A DNA stretch of 64,000 nt from Microthyrium microscopicum. Taxonomy: Eukaryota. Shown piece by piece: positions 34,968 through 47,447 of the stretch; position 1 is the first letter of the stretch; the number at the start of each line of letters is the position of its first letter. Location of the stretch: assembly GCA_010405405.1 (NCBI GenBank), contig MU004238.1:755530-819529 (forward strand). Reading direction: 5' to 3'. The position numbers were made by a program, and so were the translations under genes. A model generated the notes under the pieces. The model saw only the letters and a program-made list of their open reading frames with translations. It made no database searches and was not told the origin of the DNA.

Positions 34968-35276
34968 ACGTTGAAATCATGTATTGATATGTAATACCCA
35001 ATCTATCTGCCAGTTTTGATCCCATCATAAAGTCATACAAATAGTTTGTGATAAAACACATTGATTCAAGAAAATAGAATCGTCGAACTTCCCGAAAACC
35101 GAGAAACAAGAATGATAGCAGAAGTGAAGTATATAGTATCGACTGCTGAAGTTGGAAATCCCATTACCATTTTCCACCACGAACACCATCATAACCCAAA
35201 GTGAAATAACCTGTAAATGCCACGCTAATTGACCGACTAATATCCAAACACTACTTTACCAATTACATGTTGCTTC

Positions 35277-38200
35277 TTACTGGTGCTCTGCACCACCGTC
35301 AGCGTTGTTCCCATGCTGTGTTTCTCCCAAGTTGTTGATCACGCCATTCATGTGGAAGCCTTGATCGATGGCACCGGCATAACTTTGATTCAAATCCGCG
35401 AAATCCCACTCCAAGGTCATGGGCATTTGCCACAGATCTTGTGGAACGAATGGGTTATGGAAGGCATTCCCCATAAGCAATTGATCTGTAGCACCAAACG
35501 CTGGGCCGCCGTAAGGTGTAGGTATGGCAGTTCCGGGCATGGCTGGAGGCATCATGCCGCCCGACATGCTCGCGTTAGGTACGCCTGGGGGACTAGCTGT
35601 TGCCATTGGAGAGGTTGAAGTTGGTCCCGGGGACGAGCCTGGCCAGCCATTACCGTTGCCATTACCGTTGGCTGACTGAGCACCATTGAGACCAGGGGAG
35701 CCATAGGTCTAGACATTGCGTTAGTGGTGTATTTGAAAGAAGTGATCTTAGTGAAATGCTTACCTCAGAATTCAAGAACATGGAGGTTGAAGGTGGAGAG
35801 AAGACATTTGGAATATTTCCCGGCTCTCTGGGTGTAGGTGAAGTCGCATGGTGTATCTTAGGAGTTGTCAAGGGAGCTGGCGTTGTAGCTTTCTCGGATG
35901 TAGCCGCATCGGGTTGCTTTCGCTTTCGTCGAGAGTGAGACTCTTTGTCAGACTTGTCCAAAACTATTTTCGAAATCCGTTCAAATTCTGAGCATATGTT
36001 GAGCATGCGCCGCACAGCTCCGTTGCTTTCATCTGTGCATAAGATTGAGAGAAATTGAACGACCTGATTCATAAGTTTCAGGTCAGATCTTGCCCGAGAG
36101 TCTTGAGGATTTTGTAGTATGTTTGCAAACAGAGTTACGAGAGAGGAGACTGGGTAATAAAGGATCAACCTGCATTTGTTAGCTTTAGAGAGCTCCATCG
36201 TAGAATAATCCTTACCAAACACAATCAAAATCTCCTTGGGGAATGTATTTGATGAGATGAATTGAGGCTCGAGCAGCGGAAACGCAGAGAGCCGCCGACG
36301 AGAAAACTCGAGGATTGAGAGGTCGAACATTCAGACCTTGAATCGCATAGTTCGAAAGTCTGCTCGTCCAGTAGCCATGGTGAACAGACATGCGATGTAT
36401 CGTAGTGAGACAATTGTAGTACGCAAAGTGCAATACAACAACATGTAAAATCAGGGGCGTGTGCGAAGCCTTGATCTCATGTTCCGGTCTGAAGTCGATG
36501 GGGATTTCGTCTTTCCAATCCTCGAGCTCTTTGTCAAGCTCGCCAATGGTGTTCAGTAGCTCGCCGTCAGATTGCTTCGAGGCTTTCACAGAATAGAGTT
36601 TCTTGTAGACCTTGCTAGCAATGACCGCGAACGTGCACATGAGACGGAAGAGGTTGACTTTGCCCTTGCCATCTGCCAGAGGTATATTGCCAATGTTGTC
36701 CGGAGGATCTTCACTTGGGAGTTCCACGTTCATGTCATCATCATCCTGAATTGGAGGTCGCCCAGATCGTAGACAAATGCTAAAACGAGTTAGAAGGATG
36801 ACACCTAGAACAAAGCCATAACCTACTCCTTGTCAAGCATATAGGCGATCCAAAACACTCGCTTGCGCTGCTCTATTTCTGATGGGCTCAATCCGTAAGC
36901 CGAAAACTTCTTGTGCAGACCAATGCTATGTGCTAATCTTAAAGCCGCAGCAACAAGAAAGAATGATGGTTGCGGGTTTGGTGTGCCCATGAGGAAGAGT
37001 GCCTATATTCTGTTAGAGGTAAGTTATATCAACCAGTGGGATAAACTCACCATTCCTAGGAGAGCCTGGATGCTCAGCAGATCAGTGTTGCGAATTGTCA
37101 GTTCACTTTGGACTGCAAGCGCATTCTTTAAATAACCCCATGCCTTTTGATCTTCCTCAGCGGGGACCAAATTACTCATAACTCTTAAACGATGCGCAAT
37201 GGCCAGAGCAACATTCAAGCTGGCCCACCAACCAGATCCCTCGTATGGGTCTCTTGAATAATGCTTATCCACCAAGTGCATAAAAGTTGGCTCATGGAAT
37301 AGAGGGAACATGCAGTTGAAATGCGTGAAGTAGTCCTTCAATAGGGATATCGCTTCTGCTTTGGGAGGCAGTGGCTTAAATATCCGTCGCTGAAATATGT
37401 CGCCGAACACGTCTGGCTTCCATTGTACCCACTTATTATCTTCTATCGAAGTAGTCGATATCATGTCCTGAAAAGAAGTATCTCCAGTTTTCTCGTTGAC
37501 CCATTGTATGCCTTTAGGTGAGAATATTGAGAACCCAGATGAAGAGCCTGTATCTGTCAGCAACCACAAAATCACGTAAGGAAATAAAATATAATCTACC
37601 AATATAACGAGTTTCTCCAGAGTCGCTTGTGATTAGAGAGCACATGGCATCAGCAATTGCTTCAACCTCTTCTTCGCCGTTTTCTTTGATCGAATCTTGT
37701 AATGCTCCTTGGCTTCTACGTTTCTCTCGCTTCTCTTGCTCCATGGACTTGCGTACTTCTGCAGTAGGGGTAGTACCATCCCTAGAATCTCCAGGAGTAG
37801 AATTCCTTGGTGTTGATTGGTCATTCTCCTCGTTGTCTCCTTCTGTGTCCTTGTCCTTGTCCTTATTCGCACTACGGTTCTTTGCGCTCAATCTTTTTTC
37901 TAATGTGTGAAGGTCTGTAGCTCCATAGTCATCTTCATTGACAATTCCCGATAACCTGAGCAGTGCCTCCATTCTACCCAACCTATTCTCGAGGCCTTCA
38001 ATGTATTTTGCGCTGTTCGAGTCAGTATTCCGTGAGAGTGCAAGTGTTGATTCTCACCCTTTTGGGGGATTTCTCTTCTTTTCTACTTGTGTAAATATGC
38101 ATTCTGTCTTGTAGTTTTGGCAGTGCGAGCAAGCAGGCATCTTGCCATCACACTTGATTTTCTTCTTTCGACACATATCGCATGCCTTGTATGTTGTTAG

Positions 38201-38709
38201 TGATGCGCGCTTCATAAAATCATATACCCCAAGGTGGGCAAAATAAATGGTATGTGCTCATCGATGATGGCGGCCACTGTCACCCTTTGTAGAAACATGC
38301 GCTATATTTCCCATCGATCTCGACAGCCGAATCTTTTCAGTACGTGGAAGGTCGATGGAATCAGAGCAATTGTTACCCAAGGAGGCAGATGGCAGACATC
38401 GTAATTTATGAAAGCATGCCAAACATCTTGGTACCCCTTTGTAGATCAGTAACGTACCCGCGCAATCCGTCTTCTCTTTGGGTCTCCTTGATCTCCATCG
38501 TCGAAGCCTAACATCGCCAGGTCATCTGTTGAGAACATGTTCGAGGGTATATTCTGGGGAAAGGAAGGGCCGGTACTATCGTTAGAGAAGCTGCTGAATG
38601 CGCGCCGATGCGCTCCGGCGAAGTTGGTAGCTGCGGCTTGCTGGCCAGCTTGAAAGTAACTCGGGTTTGACTGGCTGCCGTCGGCGGCTGGCGGAATATG
38701 AAAGTTCAT
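35277..38709 (-). CDS. atrR: Zn2Cys6 transcription factor with fungal-specific TF domain, AtrR-like
   Basis: [74 protein letters not shown], closely matching my recollection of Aspergillus AtrR; about 7 introns. Confidence 0.88.
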
Positions 38710-40495
38710 GATGGCGTAGGGTAGAGTATTCGAGGGGTGCGGTTAGGAGATGTGTGGAGTGAAAGTAGCGATGGCTGATCAATGTGGTTGTCAGGAGTGG
38801 CGGATGAGATGGGATGGGGCGGCAGACAGTCGGTACCCGTCCAACAGTACAAGGATCAGGCGTAGCCTCGTAGGTACAATTTTGACGCGGGGTGGAGAGT
38901 GGAGAGTGCAGGCAGTACACACTATCTCGAGCTGTTAAGACGCAAAAGTCAATGGATTATGGATACAATTGTTGATCGAAACAAAGACCTGGCAAGGAGT
39001 AAGGCGTAAGGAAACGCCAATATCACATCAATTGCTAGCTGAAGTCTAGATTCTGAGTGGGATAAACAGGACGGTAAGGTACAAGATACGGTACTCAGTA
39101 CAAAAGCTTAAAATGAATGAAGCTGCAAGTGTTCGGTATCGATGTAGGAACATGAAACACCAACTCGTCTCATTGATGCGCCCGGCAGCTCAAAATCCCG
39201 CCTGCTTCAACAGATTGGAAAGCAATTGGTGCTTCTTTGAAGAGTGCCTGAATGATAATATTATTTGTTCTTGTATACAACCATTGATGATTCGTTTAGA
39301 TATAAGTCTGCACTTGATGTACTAGTAGTACATATGTACGTTTGTATAAGCAGATGAAAGATCACACGAGCCCTTTACGCTTTCCATCACCCAAGCTTCA
39401 AGATCTGGCATACCAGGCCTATACTTGTATGTTGCATTAATCAGCACAACAGTTATGCTGCGTACTTGCGTGCTTCTTCATTGTTCAACCTGTCATACGC
39501 AGGATGATGTTTGGATAGGCCAGCAGTCACGATGCTTGCAACTTTCTGGATATCGTAGCCTGTTGTAGTTTAGTGGTCAAGCTTGCTGATATCAGCCAAC
39601 ACCTGTTGACCGCTCGCCAATCTTGTTAGCTGCAACCTGCCATCGCCAACGCGGCGGCATAACGAACAATATCTATACGAAGTACGAACGTCGAACAGAG
39701 ATCACGAAAGAGAATGAAGATCAGGACCGGGATTAAGGCCCTGAATCTTTGCACAGCCTCGTCTTAACCGCGCTGCCGTACTAGGATCTGGTTGATCCAT
39801 CCCGAGCCCCTGACATGATTCATTCTTATTTCTTGCAGCTACCATTCTCCGTCAGCTCCCGTAAATTCAATCCTACATATTCTCAGAAGATATTGAAGTT
39901 TTTGAGCCCATGTTCGATGCTTCCGTTCCTACAGAACATATCATACTCATTCAAGCCTAAGCTTGCCTAACAAATGCAAAGTAGTGGGTCGCAAGTTTTA
40001 TATGCAGCTACATGTGGCTGCAGATCCTAGAGTAAGCCGAGACGATGACCCCCAGCCCCGACTGTCAAAATCGACCTTTCCAGCCCTACAACAAAACCAT
40101 TCTGGAAGTTCCTGAAGAACTCGCAGATATCGAAAAGGACGCGCCAAGAGTCCAAAACGTCATACTGTCAGGAGTCTACTTGAGAGTAGTGGCGTGGACA
40201 CTGGAAAGCTGTGGCTAGGAGGTAGTGACAGCCACGCGACCCGTTTCCATGCTTTTGCCGCGTGCTTGCCAACGTGCGTACAGCGAGGTGTCTTCAACCT
40301 CGTCGTTACTGTAATATCCGTCATTACCATCACATGTGAAAATGGTTTCATTGCCTTCATCGCGTGCCACAGTAAACTTTGTTTTCTGCCTCTCTCTAGC
40401 TCAGTAAACCCATCTGACCTTAAGCTCCCTTCGACCTTAGTAGTGACTAGTAAGACTTGAAAAGTTCAACCGCGATAGAGAAGTACGCTACTGCC

Positions 40496-41799
40496 ATGGT
40501 GGATCGAAGTAATGCTGCTGAGGCGGTTGAGGACCTGGGCCAGCAAGAATTCCCGAGGCCAATGACCGCAGCTGAGATCGAAAATCATCCAGAATATCCG
40601 CACACGACATGGACTCTGGAGCCAACAAAAGCCGGATATGCGCCTGTTGGAAGCGGGAGAGGTGGTCCATTCAAGATATCATATGAGATCCATGGTCATG
40701 GTCCTCGGAAACTAGTGGTAAGTGTCCCAAAAATTTCTACATATCTGTTCAGCATTGATATGATAACAGTGGATTATGGGTCTAGGAGGAATCAAGTCTG
40801 CGTGGCAACGACAAACGAAAGACTTTGGGCACAAAGAAGGAGACAAGTACAGCTGCCTCATTATAGACAATCGTGGCATCGGTCATAGCGATAAACCATG
40901 GATGAGATACTCAACTTCCCAAATGGCAGAAGACATCGTCGAGGTTCTTGAGCACATTGGATGGACTGACAGGAGATCGTTACATGTCACTGGCATCAGC
41001 ATGGGAGGCATGATTGCACAAGAACTAGGACTTTTGATACCTAAACGAATCGCAAGCTTAAACCTCATATCAACCGGTCCCTACATAAAAAACACAGTGG
41101 TACGTGTAGTCATCAACAATTTGAATTTTGCTAACCTCCATAAGGGATTTTTCGAAAATTTATATAATCGCGCCATGCTCTTGTGCGTACACGGTTTCTG
41201 GTAAATATCACAAATACCAATACTAACATTCAAAAGTATACCTCGACCCATCGACACAACATTAGCAAACATAAAATACAACCTCTACTCCGACAACTTC
41301 CTCCAGCACCCGGACGAGCTCGAATTCACTGTCCAGCCATTCCCCACCAACGGCGATAGATGTATGGCCGGCGAACTCCATAAACGCTCCAGCCCCGCTC
41401 TCTTCCCAAAGTAACATCTTCCTGCCTTTCCTCCATGTTTCCTGCTGACGAAATCACAGGGCTAGCTTCATTCTGCAAGCAATCGCGGCCGGTTGGCACT
41501 ACAAATCACCCGCACAGCTCAAACAGCTCGCCACTTTAGTAGGTCCTGAGCGCATTCAAGTCGTACACGGTACGCGCGATCGCATGGTTACGTTTCCGCA
41601 TGGTGAGGCGCTTTTGGCTGGACTGGGAGGAGAAGGGTCGGGTGTTACGTGGGTTTGGCTGGAGGGACAGGGGCATGTGGTTCCGATTGAAATGCGCAAG
41701 GAATTTCATGTGTTGATTGCGGGGATGGTGGAGCGGACGCGCGTGATGGAGCAAGAGATTGAGGAAGAGCAGAAGGAGGGTGTTGCTATGGCTTGGTGA
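40496..41799 (+). CDS. Alpha/beta-hydrolase fold protein
   Basis: YEIHGHGP, DNRGIGHSDKP, nucleophile GISMGG, VHGTRD, GHVVPIE; several short introns. Confidence 0.85.
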
Positions 41800-42042
41800 T
41801 ACGTGCAATCAATCAGAGGATGTTGAGAATATATAGACGGTCAGTTGCTTTAGAAGTGTACATTACGGTACTGAGGCGCGTGTAGTGATACTGTAATACA
41901 TGGTATCTGAACAAAATAGCAACAACAGCGGGACTGGCAAGCTGTGAGAGGATGACATTGATGGTTATTCATGGGCATCAATGGAACAGCACAACACAAA
42001 ACGCACGACGAAGTGTGCAGGGACGGATCTGATGTATTCTTG

Positions 42043-42573
42043 CTACTCGGCCAGAACTCTATTGAAGTCCTCTCTAGTCCTCAACTCCTCCATCAAACCC
42101 AGCATATCTTCATCACCTTCATTCGCCAACCTTTCAAACTCTCCTCTATGCTCCTTCAGCCACTGAATCTCTTTGCCAGCCTGTGGTCTCTGGATTCCCA
42201 TTTCTACCGCCGTCGTCAATGCGCCAAGAATCCACACCGTTCGAAGACTGTCTTGCTCTGATACAGCCTTATTCTCCTGCCTACCAGGCCCTCCAACAAT
42301 CTCATCCCATGCTTTGATCAAGTCGCGACAGTGCTCACCATACAACTCGGCAGAGCGATTTTCACTGACACGTGTTCGCAGAACTGCTCGATTGTACAGA
42401 CGCAGTACACCACCTCTGTAGACCTTCTGGGCAGAAGCATCCGTAAAACGTACGTTGATGAAGAAAGAAGGTGTTTGGAATCGTTTGGCGTGAATCGCAG
42501 TGAAAGCTTTGGCTAATGCTTCTTGTTGGTTGTCTGTGAGAGGGATTACGTGCTCGATGTCGTAGAGAGGCAT
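42043..42573 (-). CDS. Tautomerase superfamily protein, cis-CaaD-like / putative oxalocrotonate tautomerase
   Basis: Catalytic Pro1 after Met removal (MPLYDIEH), His27, TPSFFINVRF, AVEMG; intronless. Confidence 0.8.
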   Translation of the reverse strand: MPLYDIEHVIPLTDNQQEALAKAFTAIHAKRFQTPSFFINVRFTDASAQKVYRGGVLRLYNRAVLRTRVSENRSAELYGEHCRDLIKAWDEIVGGPGRQENKAVSEQDSLRTVWILGALTTAVEMGIQRPQAGKEIQWLKEHRGEFERLANEGDEDMLGLMEELRTREDFNRVLAE

Positions 42574-42971
42574 GTTTAAAGTGAATAACTCTTGCTTGCG
42601 TTGAATGTTCTAGAGATTTGATAGTCAAGGAGTGCTGTGGATACTCAGCCTCGTGCTGATATTTATACTTGCGATGGACCTCGGCTCAGCCTTGCGATGG
42701 ATATCAGAATACATCGATACGCCCTTCGAGGCTACAGTTTTTGTCTAATGAGTAATCCGATTCTTCTGCTAGTGGTAATTACATTAATATTGGATAGCAC
42801 GAATCACTAGCCAGAGCTAGGCATCCCGACTGCTCACACACTCACAGGTTGATACGCAAGTCTTTTGAACAGCTCAACAAATGTGTAATAGGACCATATA
42901 GGACATCATTTCATGGTTTCATCTTCATAAACCAAATTATAACTAAAGTAGGCTGTCTGTTGTGTGCGCAA

Positions 42972-44891
42972 CTACGCCTTTTTGAGTGGCACTAACAATT
43001 GAGTGTCGTACTTTCCACCAAAATGGATAATATGCTTCCCCTTATTTCGAGTTGGAGGTGACTGAACACCCTGTGCTCGCACAAAAGCGGCATTCGCACC
43101 AAATCCACCACCAATAGGGGTCATGGGAACTTTTGTGCCTGGCTCATAGGTTCCTCCGTCTGCGGGCACGGGGATAGTGGTATGTGCAAACATTCCCAAG
43201 GAGACCGGCGGAATCGTCGTGGCAGCAATTGACAAGACCATTGTCTCACCAGGACGGAATCGAAGTCCAATGGGCCAGAGAGCGATCTCAACGGGGACAA
43301 TCTCGCCTGGCTTCAATAACTCTTCCTTGGTGTGAAGTTGGAATGGTTCTGATTCTGTGGATCTTTTTGTGTCCAATGCTCTCTGTGAGACTCGTAGAAG
43401 GCCTGCTGCCGCGATATTTTGAACTTTCCCAGCACCACTCGTCAATGTGCCGTCAAGTTTCCGTTTCGTTACCGCGACTGTCAGTTCTATGTCATCAGAT
43501 CCTGCAGCTTCGACCCAGAGCTTTACTTTCGAATAGCCTATCAGTTCTGTTGTTTCAGTAATGTTGAATGAGATCAAAACCTCTCCACCTTTTTGTGTCG
43601 CTTCGTAAGATAAAGATTCCTCCTTTGGAGAAGCGGCGGACCTCAAAGTTTTATCTGCTTGAGGATAGAACTTTGTAAATGTTGTTCCAGGTACCGGCCA
43701 TTCAGTCGTCTCAATATCGATGGTGTCTTTGGCGCCTGGATCTAGAACGGAGTATCGAACGCGAGGAGTCTTCTCCCATTCATTTTTGATATCCTTCAGG
43801 TACCGGTCAAAGAACTTTCGCAAATCCTCGACATGCGCCGGATTGTAGTAATCGTCCCACTCTCCCGTATTATGCACTCTCAGCCATTTATCCTTGGTCG
43901 CAATCCTCCTGAACCCCTCGAAGGAACCATGTGTATGGATGGGGCTCGTATAACTTGCTACCACATACGCTGGCACGTCAATCCGCTCAATTCTCGCAAT
44001 TTTGTCCTCCCAGTATGGGTTCATCAAGTCGTCCTTCAGCTGCATACGCACATGATCCTCAATGTACGCGTTGCCCGCATAAGTCTGAACAATCTCCTCT
44101 CCAAAACCTGGCTGAGCAATACCGCCACGTCTTCCAGCCTCACGATAGCCATCATAGAAACCTTCCCAAGGCGCAATCGCTGTCAAATGTGGTGGCTTTT
44201 CCGCTGCAATGAACCACTGCGAAATCGCTAAATACGAGTTTCCGGAGAAAGCCGTCTTCCCATTCGACCAGCTCTGCGCCGCAGCCCATTCGACAAAGTC
44301 GTATCCATCCTCAGCCATCTGGCGCCCGTAGTAGGTCTGATTGCCCTCACTCATGTACGCGCCTCTCGCGTCTGGGTTTAGTACAATGTATCCATGAGCG
44401 ACCCAGTATGCAGGATCCGGCGCTTCGAACTTTTGTAGCTCCGAGACCATACTCAAAGGCACACCAGCTCGTCCTGGAACATCATCGAGCCACTGGCCAC
44501 CAATTTCCTTGCCGTAAGGACCCCAAGCAATGATGGCTGGTGATTTGACAGTGGTGTTGGCTGGACGAAAAACATCGGTGTAGATGGTAATGCCATCTCG
44601 AAGTTTGACAGCGACATCGCGCTCGAAAATGATGTCGCAGGTCAGTTTGCGAGCGCCGTCGCGACGAATGGTTCCCGACTTGAGGAGAGTGGTGCTTGGT
44701 TTGAAGCCAGGGTAGCGGGCGCGAGGAGAGTCGATTGGTTGAGCTTTGCGGTAGAGAACTGGATAAGCGTCGTTGCCATAGATTTTCAATGTGCCAGGAA
44801 CGATGGCTCCTCCAAGGGCGGCGATATCTTGAGCGAAGATGGAAGTAGCGAAAGTGGTGGCTGCAAGGAGCAGCGACGTGGAGGAGAGCAT
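42972..44891 (-). CDS. Secreted CocE/NonD (peptidase S15) family hydrolase
   Basis: Signal peptide, RDVAVKLRDG..DVFRP, WGPYGK, nucleophile GNSYLA, IAPWEG, C-terminal PepX-like beta domain; intronless 639 aa. Confidence 0.9.
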   Translation of the reverse strand: MLSSTSLLLAATTFATSIFAQDIAALGGAIVPGTLKIYGNDAYPVLYRKAQPIDSPRARYPGFKPSTTLLKSGTIRRDGARKLTCDIIFERDVAVKLRDGITIYTDVFRPANTTVKSPAIIAWGPYGKEIGGQWLDDVPGRAGVPLSMVSELQKFEAPDPAYWVAHGYIVLNPDARGAYMSEGNQTYYGRQMAEDGYDFVEWAAAQSWSNGKTAFSGNSYLAISQWFIAAEKPPHLTAIAPWEGFYDGYREAGRRGGIAQPGFGEEIVQTYAGNAYIEDHVRMQLKDDLMNPYWEDKIARIERIDVPAYVVASYTSPIHTHGSFEGFRRIATKDKWLRVHNTGEWDDYYNPAHVEDLRKFFDRYLKDIKNEWEKTPRVRYSVLDPGAKDTIDIETTEWPVPGTTFTKFYPQADKTLRSAASPKEESLSYEATQKGGEVLISFNITETTELIGYSKVKLWVEAAGSDDIELTVAVTKRKLDGTLTSGAGKVQNIAAAGLLRVSQRALDTKRSTESEPFQLHTKEELLKPGEIVPVEIALWPIGLRFRPGETMVLSIAATTIPPVSLGMFAHTTIPVPADGGTYEPGTKVPMTPIGGGFGANAAFVRAQGVQSPPTRNKGKHIIHFGGKYDTQLLVPLKKA

Positions 44892-45801
44892 CCTGTCGGT
44901 TGAAAAGAGGTGAGAATCGTCATTTTGGAGATGGGATACCTTTATATGGAATTACGCTTTGAAAAGGGAGGAAATTTATCTAGATTCAGACTTGATATTG
45001 CGAACGAAATCGCATGTGGAGAACTGCCTATAACCTCGCATGTGAAGTTGGTGGCTCAGCTTGAGCCCCAATTTGATTCTAGATACTGCGGTGCCAAAGC
45101 TGGCGGTGCACTTAGAAAGCTATTTCCAGGACAGGTTCAGCGTGTTCTCAGGACCTTCGATATTGATTAGTTGGTAAGCTACCTAGTTGAGAGGCTGTCA
45201 ATGTTCAAGTCGTATGCCCCACAGACAGTAATATATGTCGGTTACGATACTAGTCACGCCAGGCACTGTGGAGACTTTATATTAGTTGTGGAGAAGGACA
45301 TATCGATCTGTAGGGCCACGGGAGCTTGAAAGTACTTTTAATCCATTTCTTGTTCATCGAGTCCCAAGCGAATAGATGAAGACTTGCTCGATACTTGCAG
45401 CATCATCGGTAAAGCTTAGCTGGAGGAGAAGAAATCAGGACTCGGGAACAAGACGACTGACCAGATATTTCATGTAACATTGCCATGAGGCTGAATTGCC
45501 ATAAGGCTGACGGCGGCACTAACCGTTGAGTAGCGTGGTTTTGAGCGACAGGGGCATTTCATCCCTGATGAACCTTGGAATTCGTGATACGTCACTGCCA
45601 CTTTTGGCATGTTTCAGGACAAAGAATCGATCCAACAACTTTTCATCATCGTCTCTTACTACGGACCATGATAGATCTAATAACACCAAAGCGATCAAGT
45701 TCATTTGTCAAGCCACTCACATATCACATGAACCGACCATTTCAAACGTTTAGCTCCCACCACTAGCAAACATATTTACCCTCCTGAATGCTTCCAATTC
45801 A

Positions 45802-47447
45802 ATGGTCCGTTTTCACATACAAGTCAGCTTGAGTTCACCCACTGATAAGTCCCCAGACCGAACTCCTTCGTCAGCTCGTCGCCGGCCCACGCGCCCGGCA
45901 CGCCGAAGCCAAACTCGACCTCTGCTACGTAACCGAAGACAGTCCGCAATCCTCTCATCCCCCCATTCCTTATACACTAACATCCAACCACAGTAATCGT
46001 AACCTCCGGCCCAGCCGTAACCTACCCATCTCGCGCCTACCGTAACCCTCTGCCTCGTCTCACCGCCTTCCTCCACTCCCGCCACAAAGACGCCTGGCGC
46101 ATCTTCGAGTTCCGCGCTGAAGGAACCGGCTACGCAGATAAAGATGTACAAGGCCGCATATCGCACTTTCCATGGCCAGATCACCATCCGCCGCCGTTTG
46201 CGGTGCTGCCACGGTTGATGGCGGGGATGCAGGAGTGGTTGGGGGAGACGGCGGTGGAACGAGGGGATGAGGCGAGACATAAGAGCGTCGCAGGACTCGC
46301 GGATAGTAAGGGATCAGAGGATAAGGGAGATAAGGAAGATCCGAAGCGTGTAGCGATATTACATTGCAAGGCGGGAAAAGGCCGGAGTGGTACGGTGGCG
46401 TGTAGCTATTTGATTTCGGTGAGAGGATGGTCGGTGGAGGAGGCGTTGACAAGATTTACCGAACGCAGGATGAGGCCAAATTGGGGAGATGGCGTGAGTA
46501 TCAAGAGTCAGAGGAGATGGATTGGATATCTGGATCGGTGGGCGAAAAATGATAAGAAGTATGCGGAGATGAAGGTCAAGATTGTGGAGGTGCGGATATG
46601 GGGTCGGCGCGAAGGTACACGGGTTCTAGTGAGAGGATTCATTCAAGAGGGAAAGAAGATCAAGGTGCTGCATACATGGAAAGACTCTGACTGCGATGAT
46701 ATCAAGATTGGAGATGAAATAAAACCCTCGGAGAGTGATCCATCACTCGTAAGAGACTCGGGTTCCTTATCGAGCGGTGCAAAGGATAGCTCGAAATCTA
46801 GTCCATTGCCCAACCGAGATGAGGACAGTGGAAATATACCAAGCGGCCCTGGTACACCTCAATCAGAGAGCAGTTTCAAGTTGCCTACGACAATCGCCAA
46901 TCCGAACCCATTAACTCTATGCATTCTACAACCTGTCGAGCCACTTATTCTTCCTACACCGGACATAAATATTGAGGTGGAACGGCGAAATCGCACCTCG
47001 TATGGCATTCCCTCAGTGGTGACATCGACAGCTCATAGTTGGTTCAACGCCTACTTTGAAGGTCGTGGACCTGAGCGGAATGGCGACCCTGAACGGACTG
47101 GTATCTATTCGGTCGAATGGGATGCAATGGATGGTCTCAAAGGCAGTTCACGCCGAGGCGTGAGGGCAGTCGAGAAGATATCCGTCGTCTGGGAACTGCT
47201 AGAAGAGGAAGATGCTCGGAAAGAGGAGAAGGTCGTTCAAGGGATTCACAAGGAGAAGGATGAGGCACAGAAAGAGCCCATGCCTGGGTCAACGCAAGGC
47301 CAAGACGATGTCAAAAATGACGAAATTGTCAAACCCGGCACTGATTCTTCGAACAACATTGTGGAAGGTGATCCTAAACTTCCTAGCGCTGAGAGTGACG
47401 TCGAGGAAGGTCTTCAATCATATGGCATCAAAGGCGAACAGGTATAA
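45802..47447 (+). CDS. TEP1: PTEN/TEP1-like phosphoinositide phosphatase
   Basis: M|TELLRQLVAGPRARH..LDLCYVT, AYRNP, WPDHHPPP, P-loop HCKAGKGRSG; introns 45805-45856 and 45942-45993. Confidence 0.9.

Noticed and set aside
39558..39600. tRNA-like 5' half (GCCTGTTGTAGTTTAGTGGTCAAG)
   Set aside because: Resembles an A box/D arm, but there is no downstream GTTCRA T-loop or matching acceptor stem.
45813..46452. Minus-strand ORFs over the PTEN-like 5' region
   Set aside because: Shadows of the GC-skewed PTEN exons; the + strand spliced frame carries the conserved motifs.
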